Assembly: GCF_006345805.1 (NCBI RefSeq) | Contig: NC_043011.1 | Coordinates: forward strand, 1,116,001 to 1,180,000 | DNA length: 64,000 bases | Reading direction: 5' to 3' | Origin: Octopus sinensis | Lineage: Eukaryota | Shown here: positions 37,493 to 48,996 of the stretch, in pieces | Layout of the letters: each line of letters opens with the position of its first letter | Position numbering within the stretch: position 1 is the first letter of the stretch | Program-made: the position numbers and the translations under genes | The notes under the pieces: model-generated | What the model was told of the DNA's origin: nothing | The model's database searches: none | What the model saw: the letters and a program-made list of their open reading frames with translations, nothing else

Positions 37493-37755
37493 GAGTGGAT
37501 TTGACAGATGGAAACTGAAAGAAGCCTGTCATATTTATATCATTGCTTCACTCCCCATCACCACTGCTTGACAACTGGTGCAGGTATGTTTACATCCGTG
37601 TAACTTAGCGGTTTGGCAAAAGAGACTGGTAAATTATGTACCAAGCTTTAAAACAAAATAAGTACAGGGGTTGATATCTCCGACTAAAATTTCAAGGTGG
37701 TGCCCCAGTATGGCCATAGCCTAATGACTAAAGCAAGTAAAAAATAAAAGATAAA
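37493..37755 (+). mobile_element. Old SINE family A-like relic, 3' half
   Basis: Diverged GAAACTGAAAGAAGCCTGTC...GTGCCCCAGTATGGCC. Confidence 0.7.
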
Positions 37756-38163
37756 AATGATAAAGATATTTTTTAGGAATATAAACTTATTAAAATAAAT
37801 GAATTTATCAGAAAATAATTTTTTCTAATACACATCAGATAGTGAATATTGCCTGATCATCAAAAAGATTTAGAGGATGTGAATCTGCAATCAGGTTTCA
37901 ATTTTTCATTAAAGCCATTTACTTTGAATGCTTTATGTATTTTGAAAAATGCTTTGAAGTCACAATTATCCCTTATAAATACCATTACATTCATATTTTG
38001 AGAAAACCAGAAAAAACTTCACAGTGATAAATATTTAATTTAGACATATCAAACTGTGAAGTTTCTTTCTTTTGATAAATGACCCATAATTTTTAATTCC
38101 CAGAAAATGAAGTGTTGAGATATTTGTGTCTTATCCTTGAAACCTAGAATAAAATGATCTTAC

Positions 38164-38227
38164 CTAAGAGATGAAGTTGTGTAACAATTCCAGATCATGA
38201 GAAATTTACCTTGTTCCCTAGTATACA
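38164..38227 (-). CDS. Candidate internal exon (64 nt)
   Basis: Acceptor tttttttgtttcatgcag, donor TAG|GTAAGA, open frame YTREQGKFLMIWNCYTTSSL. Confidence 0.25.
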
Positions 38228-38832
38228 CTGCATGAAACAAAAAAAGACTGTTCACTGAAAATTTGTCTTACATGTGTGTGTTTAAGTGTATGCATGAATA
38301 TATGATAAACCCTTTTATTTCCTGTACTAAGAGTAACTTACCACCTGAATCTCTAAATATCCACAACATATCCATTTAATGTGTATTTTTATATCTTGGT
38401 AAGAAACCATGGCTTTTAAGTGTTTTTACTCAACAACTATAAGACAAATGGGCTTACTAATCAAATGGTTCCCAGTTCATAATATAAAATACATTGAAAT
38501 CTCCAATATCACTGTCCACAGGGCTGTAAATAAGTAAATTAGTGTGATTAAACTGCTTTCTTCAAGAAGCATTTGCTATATATTATTGATGAGGTGTTTT
38601 TCAGTTGGAATTTCTGAGTTCAAATCCAACCATTTAAAGAGTAATTCATTATCATCATCACTTAGCATCCATTTTCCATGTCAGTATGAGTCAGACAGTT
38701 TTATTAGAACTGGTAAGTTGGAGAGCTGCACTGGGCTCTAGTCTGTTTTGGCTTGGTTTCTATGGCTGGCTGCCCTTCCAAACCTTGACCACTGCACAGT
38801 GTACTGGGTGCTATTTACATGTCACCAGTACA

Positions 38833-39050
38833 GGTACCTTTTATGTGTTATCAGCACAGGTACCTTTTATGTGTTATCAGCATGGGTACCTTTTATGTGT
38901 TATCAGCATGGGTACCTTTTATATGTTATCAGCAAGGGTACCTTTTATGTGTTATCAGCATGGGTACCTTTTATGTGTTATCAGCACAGGTACCTTTTAT
39001 GTGTTATCAGCATGGGTACCTTTTATGTGTTATCAGCATGGGTACCTTTT
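38833..39050. repeat. 26-bp minisatellite, 8 full copies plus a partial copy
   Basis: GGTACCTTTTATGTGTTATCAGCA(TG/CA) starting at 38833, 38859, 38885, 38911, 38937, 38963, 38989, 39015, 39041. Confidence 0.95.
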
Positions 39051-40118
39051 AAATGTCTCTGGCACTGGCCATGACTACAATTTCCCTTAGTTTAATGTGT
39101 CTTCTCAAGCACAGCAAATTGCTAAGAATCTCATTGATTTGCCATCACCTCTGTGAGACTCAACATCTGAAGATCGTATTTCATGATATCATCTCATGCC
39201 ATTCTTTGTCTATCCCTTTCACAGGTTCCCTCCACAGTTAAAGGTCAGCACTCCTTTATGCAGCTGCCCTCATCTATATACTTCACAAAGCCATACCTGT
39301 AGAGCCTTCTCTTTTGCACATTACATTTGATGGCTCTTAAACCCAATTTTTCTTTTAAGACACTCACACTGACATGGTACATGAAGCTAGTACATTGAAC
39401 TATGTCCTCTGCTGTCACAGCCCATGTTTTGCTACCATGTAGTATGGCTGCTCACATGCAGGCATCATACAGTCTGCCTTTCACTCTGAGGGAGAAGCCT
39501 TTGTTATTAAAGATAGCAACTCTCTGAACTTCGCCCAACCCATGCCTATTCTAGCAGCTACACTCTCAGAGCATCCTTCCCCACAACTGATTTGGTCTCC
39601 TAGATAACAGAAACTATCTACTACTTCTAAATACCCCACTAGGCATTTGACGAAATCAATACTTTGTACATTCCTAATGTTTATTGCACCTACACATCTG
39701 CCTTACGCAAAGACTACTTTCTCTGTTAGCCTGTCTCTTATTCTACTGGACCTCTTATGTGTCTATAGCTTACACTGGGTACACCTAATGGAGTTTCTAC
39801 CAACAAATTCTCTATATATTGAGCAGAGCCATCTCCCTGAAGGGATTTGCAATGTGTCTGTTTTCCTACTTATTAAGACTTTGGTCTTTGATAAAGTAAA
39901 TCTAAGACACTTTAATTCCAGACCTTCCACACCTGAAATTTTTTCTCTAGTTCTGGTTGTGATTCAGCTATAAGAACAAGGTCATCAGCTCAGAGGAGCT
40001 CCCATAAATTCTGTTATGGCCTGGAGGACTAAGATGAAACAGATGGGACTGAGAACTGATCCCTGATGAACTGGCTATACACCGAATTCATTGCCATGCT
40101 TGTTATCAACTTTCACCT

Positions 40119-40509
40119 TTCTCTTTTACTTGTTTCAGTCATGTGACTGTGGCCATGCTGGAGCACCGCCTTTAGTTGAACAAATCGACCCCGGGACTTA
40201 TTCTTTGTAAGCCTAGTACTTAATCTATCAGTCTGTTTTGCCAAACCGCTAAGTTACGGGTACGTAAACACACCAGCATTGGTTGTCAAGCGATGTTGGG
40301 GGGACAAACACAGACACACACAAACACACACACACACACGCATATATATATACATATATACGACGGGCTTCTTTCAGTTTCCGTCTACCAAATCCACTCA
40401 CAAGGCTTTGGTCGGCCTGAGGCTATAGTAGAAGACACTTGCCCAAGGTGCCATGCAGTGGGACTGAACCCGGAACCATGTGATTAGTAAGCAAGCTACT
40501 TACCACACA
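40119..40509 (-). mobile_element. SINE family A
   Basis: Inserted in the old RTE. Confidence 0.9.
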
Positions 40510-42985
40510 TGGCTTGTATGGATCTCACCAACCATTCATCTATCCCTAGGTTCCACATTGACTCCCAGATAAGGGAGTGGGTGACCCTATCAAAGGCTTT
40601 CTCCATGTCAGCAAAAGCCAGGTACAAAGGTTTATTTTTGGCCAAGTGCCTCTGCAGTTGCCTTACTAGTAATATAATATTGGTGGTGCTTCTCCCTCAT
40701 TGCATTAAATAACTACTGTTATGACTGGAAATTTTAGGACTCACATTGGTAACAATGATTTACCTCACCTCAAATAATTCAAATTTCTAAGTCATATTAA
40801 ATTTGATTGTAAAAATTGTTTACTGATTGACTTGTCAGCTACTTAAATATATAAAATTGTAAATTTTCTCTTGTAATGGCATTAATCCATCGATGATAAA
40901 ACGTTTTCATCGATTTGGCAGGAGTTATTCTTATCTTAAAAATTTACAAAAATCAGTTTGAAATGTCATTTGATCTAAAAATAGTGTTTTTTTATGGAAT
41001 TTATCTGATATTTTGGCAACAGTTTCAATATTGATTCCTGATTTTGGCACAAGGCCACACATATCGATATAATATTCAATTGAATCAATTTAATTCATAA
41101 CTGGTATTTATTTTGACAACTGTTTAAAAGCAGCTTCAGTATAATTTGAGCTCTTAATATAAAGGAACACAACTAAACACATAGTTAAACAACATTTACA
41201 ACTTGATTAGTGTTTGATATTGTGTTCCTTAATTCATTAGGTCCTCACCACTTCTTGAAGTGCATCGTGAGCAAGTCAGCTGCCTGTTAACAGTACTTCA
41301 CTATTTTCAATATAGATATATTTTGAACAGCTTGGTCCTTGATTCAGTACTGTAAGCTTACAGAATATTGGCTTGCAATCCCTTTGGTGATTAGGATACT
41401 CACTTATGATATAATACAGTAACTATTTACAATAACTTGGATTACTGAGAGATGTTTCTTTGGTGAGCAAACATTGATTACTTTTTGGTTAACAATTGAG
41501 CAGTCTGTTAACTCAGCCATCTGTGATTCCCATACAGTCATTGTTGTTATTGTTTATACTCAGGTTAATATTAATCAAACAGATCTATAATCAAAAATAT
41601 TCCAGACATGACCAAAATATCCTTTTTGGAATATCTAGGATTACATAATCACATGTACTTTTTCCCTTTTAAGATGCAATTTCAGTAAGATTTTATTGCT
41701 ATTTTTAGCAACTCAGTTGACTTCCTAGTAAGTTAATTCTTTGGTTTTTATCATTATATAATAATGAGTGATCTTTTTTTATCATTATATAATATATAAT
41801 AATATTATATAATAATTATATATATAATAATGAGTGATCTTGTTTTTTTCCTTTAAAGCATAATAAATAGACTAAACACAAGTTTCTGAATTAAATGTGT
41901 CATTGATGACAAAATATTCAACAAGAACATTTCCTTATATTTAAATTTCATTCTATTTAGACTTGTTGCCAAGTGTAAAATTTCACTATGAACTACACCC
42001 AGATAGCAATGACAATGCCATGTTACTCTGTTCTCTTTTTACCTTTTCATCTACCTGTCAAAGAAAGAAAAAAAAAACACATTTAGAAAAGTCATCAACC
42101 AAAATATTTATTCTTTGTTACGACTTGTTGTTTCTACTTTCCTGCCTGAAATACAGCATTGAAACAAAAGAGAAACTAATAGCTATTACGAATTCAGTGG
42201 CAACTGAAATTTACCATTTATGAATCATGACATACTAGGAATCCTCAGTCTCCCTAATTTGCTCCCACACAAATTATTTTTACTTTGCCAAATTTCAAAT
42301 TGTTCAATCAGTGATGGACGTGGAGGATATCTACATGATATCTACATTATTCCTAGATTTACAGAAAAGCCACTAAACTAATATATTTCTTCATTGGCAC
42401 TTTGCCAATTTAGTGTTGAATGATGGCAATAAGTTTACAAATAATTCGTTATTAAATATTGCTTTTGTTTTATGCTCATAAGTATATAGCAATTCAACAT
42501 TTTAAAGTTAATTAATTATGGAATCTGACATTTTTATTTTTAACTTCTATTGAAATGCAAATAATAGATAATGACCTTTAAATTAATTCCATTTCTCTTC
42601 TTTGAATTTTGGCTAGCTTGGCAAATATCTTCTTCGTTTTATTCCTAAGTGCATTTCTTTTCTGTCAAATATAATAGAACTAATATTTTAGGATGTCACT
42701 CAGCTTGAAGTAACAGCCAAATCTTCTAATCAAACCTTACTATATAAAAAGAAGGAAAATTACACTGAACATTGAAGTCCTACTCCCAGAAGTTGGGTTG
42801 GGCATGATTGGAATGATTTTGATTATAGATCTATTAAACGAAAGCTAACCAGTCCCTAAGCAACATCAACAACCACCTCATAGACATTATACTAACTTTT
42901 TATCACTCACATGTATTCATTATAAACATAATTAATGTGGAGAGAATTAAAATGATTATACAATGAGGAAGAAACAACGTTATGT

Positions 42986-43272
42986 GGAGGCACATGGCCT
43001 AGTGGTTAGAGCTGCGGACTCATGGTCGAGGGATAGTGGGTTCGAATCTCAGACCGGGCGATGTGTGTGTTTATGAGTGAAAACACCTAAGCTCCACACA
43101 GCTCCGGCAGAAGGTAATGGCGAAACTTCTGCTGACTCTTTCGCCACAACTTTCTCTCACTCTTTACTCCTGCATCTTGCAGCTCACCTGTGATGGACTG
43201 GCGTCCCATTCAGGTGGGGAGCCTATACACCACAAAACCAGGAAACCGGCCCTTATGAGCCAGGCACGGCTA
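42986..43272 (+). mobile_element. SINE family B
   Basis: Matches 16907-17215. Confidence 0.9.
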
Positions 43273-43919
43273 GTCAATGACTATTGTTACTTCAATTGTT
43301 TTGACCCCAGTAGTGATAATGTTGGCAAATACTTAAAAATCTTTACGTGTTAGTATAGATCTAAATAAACCTGTTTTGATTTGAAAGCCTGCAAGGACTG
43401 TTCAGGTTTGAATAAGTGTTACATCTTTACTATGCACATGTTTCTGTGCTTCATTGAATTATGATTATAAATCTGTCAAACTAATTAGCTGCTTTTCACA
43501 TTTTTTCAACTTAACACATAGTAATGGTTCTAAATTGACAAGAATCAATTAGGTGACAAGTCTTTGTGTGCTATCACCTCTTGACAATTACTCTACCTTA
43601 CTGGGCATTACTAATTTTGCTACTACAAGTTTCATCCCTTTTTTTTCAAATAACGTTGCAAATAGTCATAAACTGAGAGGGTGTGATTTAGTTTTATTGA
43701 TTGACCTGATACACTCTTTTAAGATATACAATTCACCATTGAACTGTACGATGCCTTAAAAGGACTTTTCTTAGATAGAAGATGGTATCTGTGTAATACA
43801 TATTGAACAGTACTTACATCAGAAAGCTTTTTCTTGAGTAGGGCAGTGAATTGTCTTTACTGCTAATCATTGCAGCTGCACCATTAGTGGCTACTTGTAT
43901 GTATATATATATATACACA

Positions 43920-44442
43920 CATGGTGGCTGCCCCCTCATTATCGAGTATGGCCATTGCACGAAGCTTAATCAATGCTGTTATTGTGCAATGCTTGAGCAA
44001 GAAGATTTCTTTTTAAAGTGAGGTAAGGCTGTGCACTGAGTTAATCGCACTCACTAAACAACAGCAGCCATAATCCGAAAAGAAGAACAAATCAACATCA
44101 TCGGTAACCACTGAGCCGCAGGTTTTATGTCGGAGTTATCCCAGTTACCTGAGCTACCTTCTCCTAGAAGGATACCCTAACAAAGGCTAGGAGTCCTTCA
44201 CACCCAATGGTTTAACCACGCGATTGGGTATTCAGTCCGATTATTTCTATGTCCCTGCACATGATACATCCTTAAGACATTTACTGGATGGCCATTGACT
44301 CTCAAGAGTTTCTGTAGGGTGTCCAATGAACACCCTTCTCACCAAGCAAGCTTGGTGGGGTTGCCGGTTTAGTCGCCGACAACCCGACCATGCAACAGGT
44401 TGTACTGGGTTACATGTTACCAGTAGCACTCGAAAGTGACCT

Positions 44443-44445
<3 letters not shown>
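43920..44445 (-). mobile_element. Probable RTE/RTEX-type 5'UTR fragment
   Basis: CpG-rich, abutting hairpins, CTAGGAGAAGG motif resembling RTE-type 5'UTRs (recalled, unverified). Confidence 0.45.
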
Positions 44446-44488
<43 letters not shown>

Positions 44489-45490
44489 TATGTATATACA
44501 TACATACACACACATGTGAAATTTGACTGGTGACCACTGCTGCTGCTATCTGTTGTTGTCTTGTTGTCTTGTTTACGAAATAGGGTTTGCTAAAAAATAA
44601 AAGATGGGTGAGTAGGTGGGGGAATTTACGTCAAGGGAAGAGAATTGCCGAGAAAGAGATTTTTTTAAATACTTATTTTGTTATGCTTCTATATATGTCA
44701 TTCTTATTTGCTTTTTGGGGTTTTTTTTGTTTTTTGAAAGTAGATGCAGATAAATTTAAATTTATTTCATTCTAAATTGGAACTTATCAATACACTGCAA
44801 CTTTGGATAAAACTACATGGTCATTTAAAACATTCAGCAGTTACATAAACGATCAACTGTTTTTAATTATGAAGAGAAAAGATGTAAGAGTAGGAGGGCA
44901 TTAAAAGCCCCTAAGTCACTTACAATCTAGATTACAATTAACATTATACAGTGTACAATCGATATTTTCTATTTCTTCTACTTTTAATAATGGAGAAGAG
45001 ATTGATTCATAGAAAGTCTCTTACATTCTTAAGATTTTATTCTGGGAGTCTTTCACAGGTTTTATTTTATTCTCCCATTTATCATTGCTTTTTTATCCAG
45101 TACATATTCGCCTTGTTTGTTAGTTCATGTAGATACGATTACCATTTTCTCTACAAACTACATACAAGCCCTCTTTCATTCTTTTTGGGTGGGAATGTGA
45201 GATCTTTGGTCGTTTTCCTATGCTGTATATCACATCAGGATGATTTTGGATTAGATTCCAGTGTTTCATCTTGCTATGGCATCTTGCCATCAGTTTATTG
45301 TGTTGCATTCAGATTTCAACCATTGTTCAACATACACGTGTGAAATTTGACTGGTGATCACTGCTTCTGCTATCTGTGGTTGTTTTGTTTAAAAGGCAGA
45401 AAGAAATAGGATTTGCTAAGAAATAAAGGGGGCAGAACTTTCCCTCAAGGAGAGAGAATCTCTAAGAGAGATAGTTTTAGTACTTATTTT

Positions 45491-45917
45491 GGATCTTTTC
45501 AGTTTGAACGGCAGTTTTTTCTAGCGGTGTCATATGAAATTGTCACCCATAATTATTACCCTAGTATCGATCTATTGCATTTCAATCTGTTTTAGGGTTA
45601 GGGTTAGTTAGGATTTGGGGAGGGGGGAAGGGTATCTTTTTTTCTTCACAAATGTAAATAAACCCAATCTGTTTCTTAAACGAGGGACATAATCATATGG
45701 CACAGAATGCTTTTTACCTCAATAGACGTCAGTGATTGGTTGAAATTGCAGAAATTGAAGAAAAAAAACAACAAATATCTTACAAACTATAGAATTTTCT
45801 CAATAAAGCCAAGAGAAAAAGATGTTTTATAAACACAGTCTACCAGTATACAAAGTTTAAAATTTTTTAGTTACCTAGAAATTATGTTAAAAACTGCCGT
45901 TCAAACAGAAAAGATCC
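45491..45917. mobile_element. MITE with GGATC-start TIRs and 8-bp TSD (Merlin-like)
   Basis: TIR GGATCTTTTC.GTTTGAACGGCAGTTTTT; TSD CTTATTTT. Confidence 0.9.
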
Positions 45918-45999
45918 CTTATTTTATACTTACACACACATACTGGGAGCAGCAAGTATTTGGTAATAAGGCATCTGTCATCTGGTAAAATTTAGGCAC

Positions 46000-46745
46000 A
46001 TTCTCAATGAGCTTTCTTATAAGATTATTCTGACTGTTTCAATGCCTCATTGACATTCTTGCAATAAATGCTTCTTATTCAAATTGGATGTCATCTGGAC
46101 AATGTTGGCCTTCTGTGAAGGCAGTCACCACTTTAGGATTACATGATTGCAAAAGTTGTCTAAGATCCATTGTTGGATTACATGGGCTTTATGAGAAGGA
46201 GCTGAGTTTTGTTGAAAAATGTTTTGCCTTCTGCATACTTCATCTATCCAGAGCTTATCAGCTGTTTCCAGCACTTCACCAAATCCAACATCATTAATTC
46301 TAAAACTTTGTGAGGTTTGTGGAAAGATATGACCTTTGTTACTCACCACTCCTAAAACCATCACAGTTGCTAGGAACTTAGTGTGCATCACTAAGGATCA
46401 GCACATAACTATCTAATATTTCTCCAGTTAAACTGTTGGGCTTAGTGGAAGGTTTTCTCATCAGAGAAGATCCAAAGTATGCCTTGTTAAGTAACCACTT
46501 GGTATGGATCAAATGGATTTCTTGTCTCTTTGCCCTCTCCTCAGTTCATGCAATTTGTAATGAAATGTCCTCAAGATCCACAATTCTGATAGTCCACTAC
46601 ATCACTAGAATTTTTTTGGCGATGGCTCTCAGTGATTTTCTGGGATCATCAGGGATCATGTTTTGAACCTGTTGAATGAATTGTGGTGTTCTTATACTGT
46701 TCAAACATTTAAAATGTCTTTCTCTTCAATACATTTGAAACATTC
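46000..46745 (-). mobile_element. DD37D(maT)-like mariner relic
   Basis: TKFLATVMVLGVVSNKG, FQQNSAPSHKA; boundaries approximate. Confidence 0.8.
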
Positions 46746-47199
46746 CTGCCAGTGGCTTTCAATTCCATCCAAACTTTTGTACAAAAGATCTTGCTGTATT
46801 TAGAAAGTTGGCTACTTTCAAATCATTGTGTTCCAAATACAGGCAACAATGACTGTATGTCTTTTCATTTTTGTGTTAGCATTTTATCTGCCATGGGAGA
46901 ATGTGAAAGAAATAAAAATCTTTTAACCAATTTACAGAGAGTAATATACTGCCTTCAAATACTGATAACACTCTCTCTCTGTATGTAAATATGTATTTAT
47001 TTGTTTCATTGATCCATGACAAACTGAAGGGTATTTTCTTCTAATGAACATGTCTACCAAATAACTTAGTAAATGGATGTGTGTGCGTGTGTGTTTGTGT
47101 AATGTGATAGAAAATAGCAATAGAACTTTATAGAGTACATGGGGTGGAGGAAAAGGTTGTTTGCTTCAATAACAAGGAGTTTTCTGTTCCTAGGTTTCA

Positions 47200-47458
47200 G
47201 ATGGCCTCCGTGCCGGTGACACGTAAAAAGCCCCATCTGATCGTGGCCGTTGCCAGCCTCGCCTGGCCTCCATGCCGGTGGCACGTAAAAAACACCCACT
47301 ACACTCACGGAGTGATTGGCATTAGGAAGGGCATCCAGCCATAGAAACACTGCCAGATCAGACTGGGCCTGGTGCAGCCTCCTGGCTTCCCAGACCCCAG
47401 TTGAACCATCCAACCCATGCTAGCATGGAAAACGGATGCTAAATGATGATGATGATGA
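47200..47458 (+). mobile_element. RTE 3'UTR fragment
   Basis: Tail sequence plus (GAT)n. Confidence 0.88.
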
Positions 47459-48114
47459 CATTGTATTTTGTTCAGAGAGTTAAAAGAAAAATTTGCATAT
47501 ATATTTAATCAGAGCTTTGGAGGTATTGTCAGTTTCCATATGGATTTACCTAACCTCTGACATGTCTTGCAAGTTATTGGCCATGGAATACATTTTCTAT
47601 ATCATATTTTAGCATTCCACTTTGATTTGATGTTTTTAAAACTTTCATATTATTTTTTTCTTTATCTATACAACTTTTTTCATTGTAGCTAACTTCATTA
47701 TTTTTATTACTAAGGTTATCATTATAAAAAAAGTTCTACGTTGATTCTGCCATTGGAATCATGTCGTGTGATTTAGTGAAAATAACTCTCACCAACACCC
47801 AATGACTTTGTGAAGAATTCTTGCAGAATAGAAAATGACAGTTTTCTGCAACAATGCTGTTTCCAATATTTCTCAGTCTCTTTTAAACAATTGATTTGGC
47901 TTGGTTATCTACACTTGCATGACAATATTGATAACTTCTTCTCACATATCCCAGAGTGTTCTCTGTTCTCTAACAAAGAGGAGATGATACTTTCCAGCTT
48001 TTCTGTTTCTTTCCTTTTGTCTCAGTACAGTAAAATCTATAATCTTCTGTATTTCATCCCTTTGACTTTTCTAAAATAAAGTACCAGTCAAGCACTTGAT
48101 TAACCACCTTCATC

Positions 48115-48522
48115 GGATCTTTTTGGTTTGAACGGCAGTTTTTCTAGCGGTGTCATATGAAATTGTCACCCATAATTATGACCCTAGTATCGCTCTATTG
48201 CATTTCAATCTGTTTTAGGGTTAGGGGTGGGGGGAAGGGTATCTTTTTTTCTTCACAAATGTAAATAAACCCAATCTGTTTCTTAAACGAGGGACATATT
48301 CATACGGCACAGAGTGTTTTTTACTCAATAGACGTTATTGATTGGTTGAAATTGCAGAAATTGAAGAAAAAAACAACAAATATCTTACAAACTATAGAAT
48401 TTTCTCAATAAAGCCAAGAGAAAAAGGTGTTTTATAAACACATTCTACCAGTATACGAAGTTTAAAAGTGTTTAGTTACGTGTGAATTATGTTAAAAACT
48501 GCCGTTCAAACAGAAAAGATTC
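48115..48522. mobile_element. Merlin-like MITE, copy 2
   Basis: Same TIRs; TSD CCTTCATC. Confidence 0.9.
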
Positions 48523-48665
48523 CCTTCATCCCCAAAATTGCTGGCCTTCTACAAAAATTTGAAAGGAATTATTATTGTTGTTGTTGTTAGCAGTGGTGAT
48601 GGTGGTGGTGGAGTAGTAATTAACAGAATTGTTATGAACAAAATACCTTGCAACATTAAATATGT

Positions 48666-48832
48666 CTAAGGCAGTGAGCTGGCAGAACCATTAGCATGCT
48701 GGACAAAATGCTTAGCAGCATTTCCTCTATCTTTAGATTCTGAGTTCAAATTCTGCCAAGGCTGACTTTGCCTTTCAAACTTTCAAGGACGATAAAATAA
48801 GTGCCAGTTAAGCACTGGGGTTGATGTAATTA
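48666..48832 (+). mobile_element. SINE family C relic
   Basis: GAGCTGGCAGAACCATTAGC head and diverged core. Confidence 0.7.
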
Positions 48833-48845
48833 ACTTCCACTTTTA

Positions 48846-48996
48846 GTGGTATATTGGCGTTAGGAAGGGCATCCAGCTGTAGAAACACTGCCAGATCAGA
48901 CTGGAGCCTGGTGCAGCCTTCTGGCTTCCCAGATCCCCGGTCGAACCGTCCAACCCATGCTAGCATGGAGAATGGACGTTAAACGATGATGATGAT
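48846..48996 (+). mobile_element. RTE 3' end fragment
   Basis: TTGGCGTTAGGAAGGGCATCC...(GAT)n. Confidence 0.88.

Larger units (their letters stand above)
38645..40700 (-). mobile_element. Old degenerate RTE LINE (RT plus 3'UTR), interrupted by SINE A
   Basis: Reverse-strand homology to 32500-34428 (RT, zinc-finger insert, tail) with heavy CpG decay. Confidence 0.85.

Noticed and set aside
38833-39050. CRISPR-like array
   Set aside because: Units are contiguous with no unique spacers, the context is eukaryotic, and the unit derives from the RTE 3'UTR.
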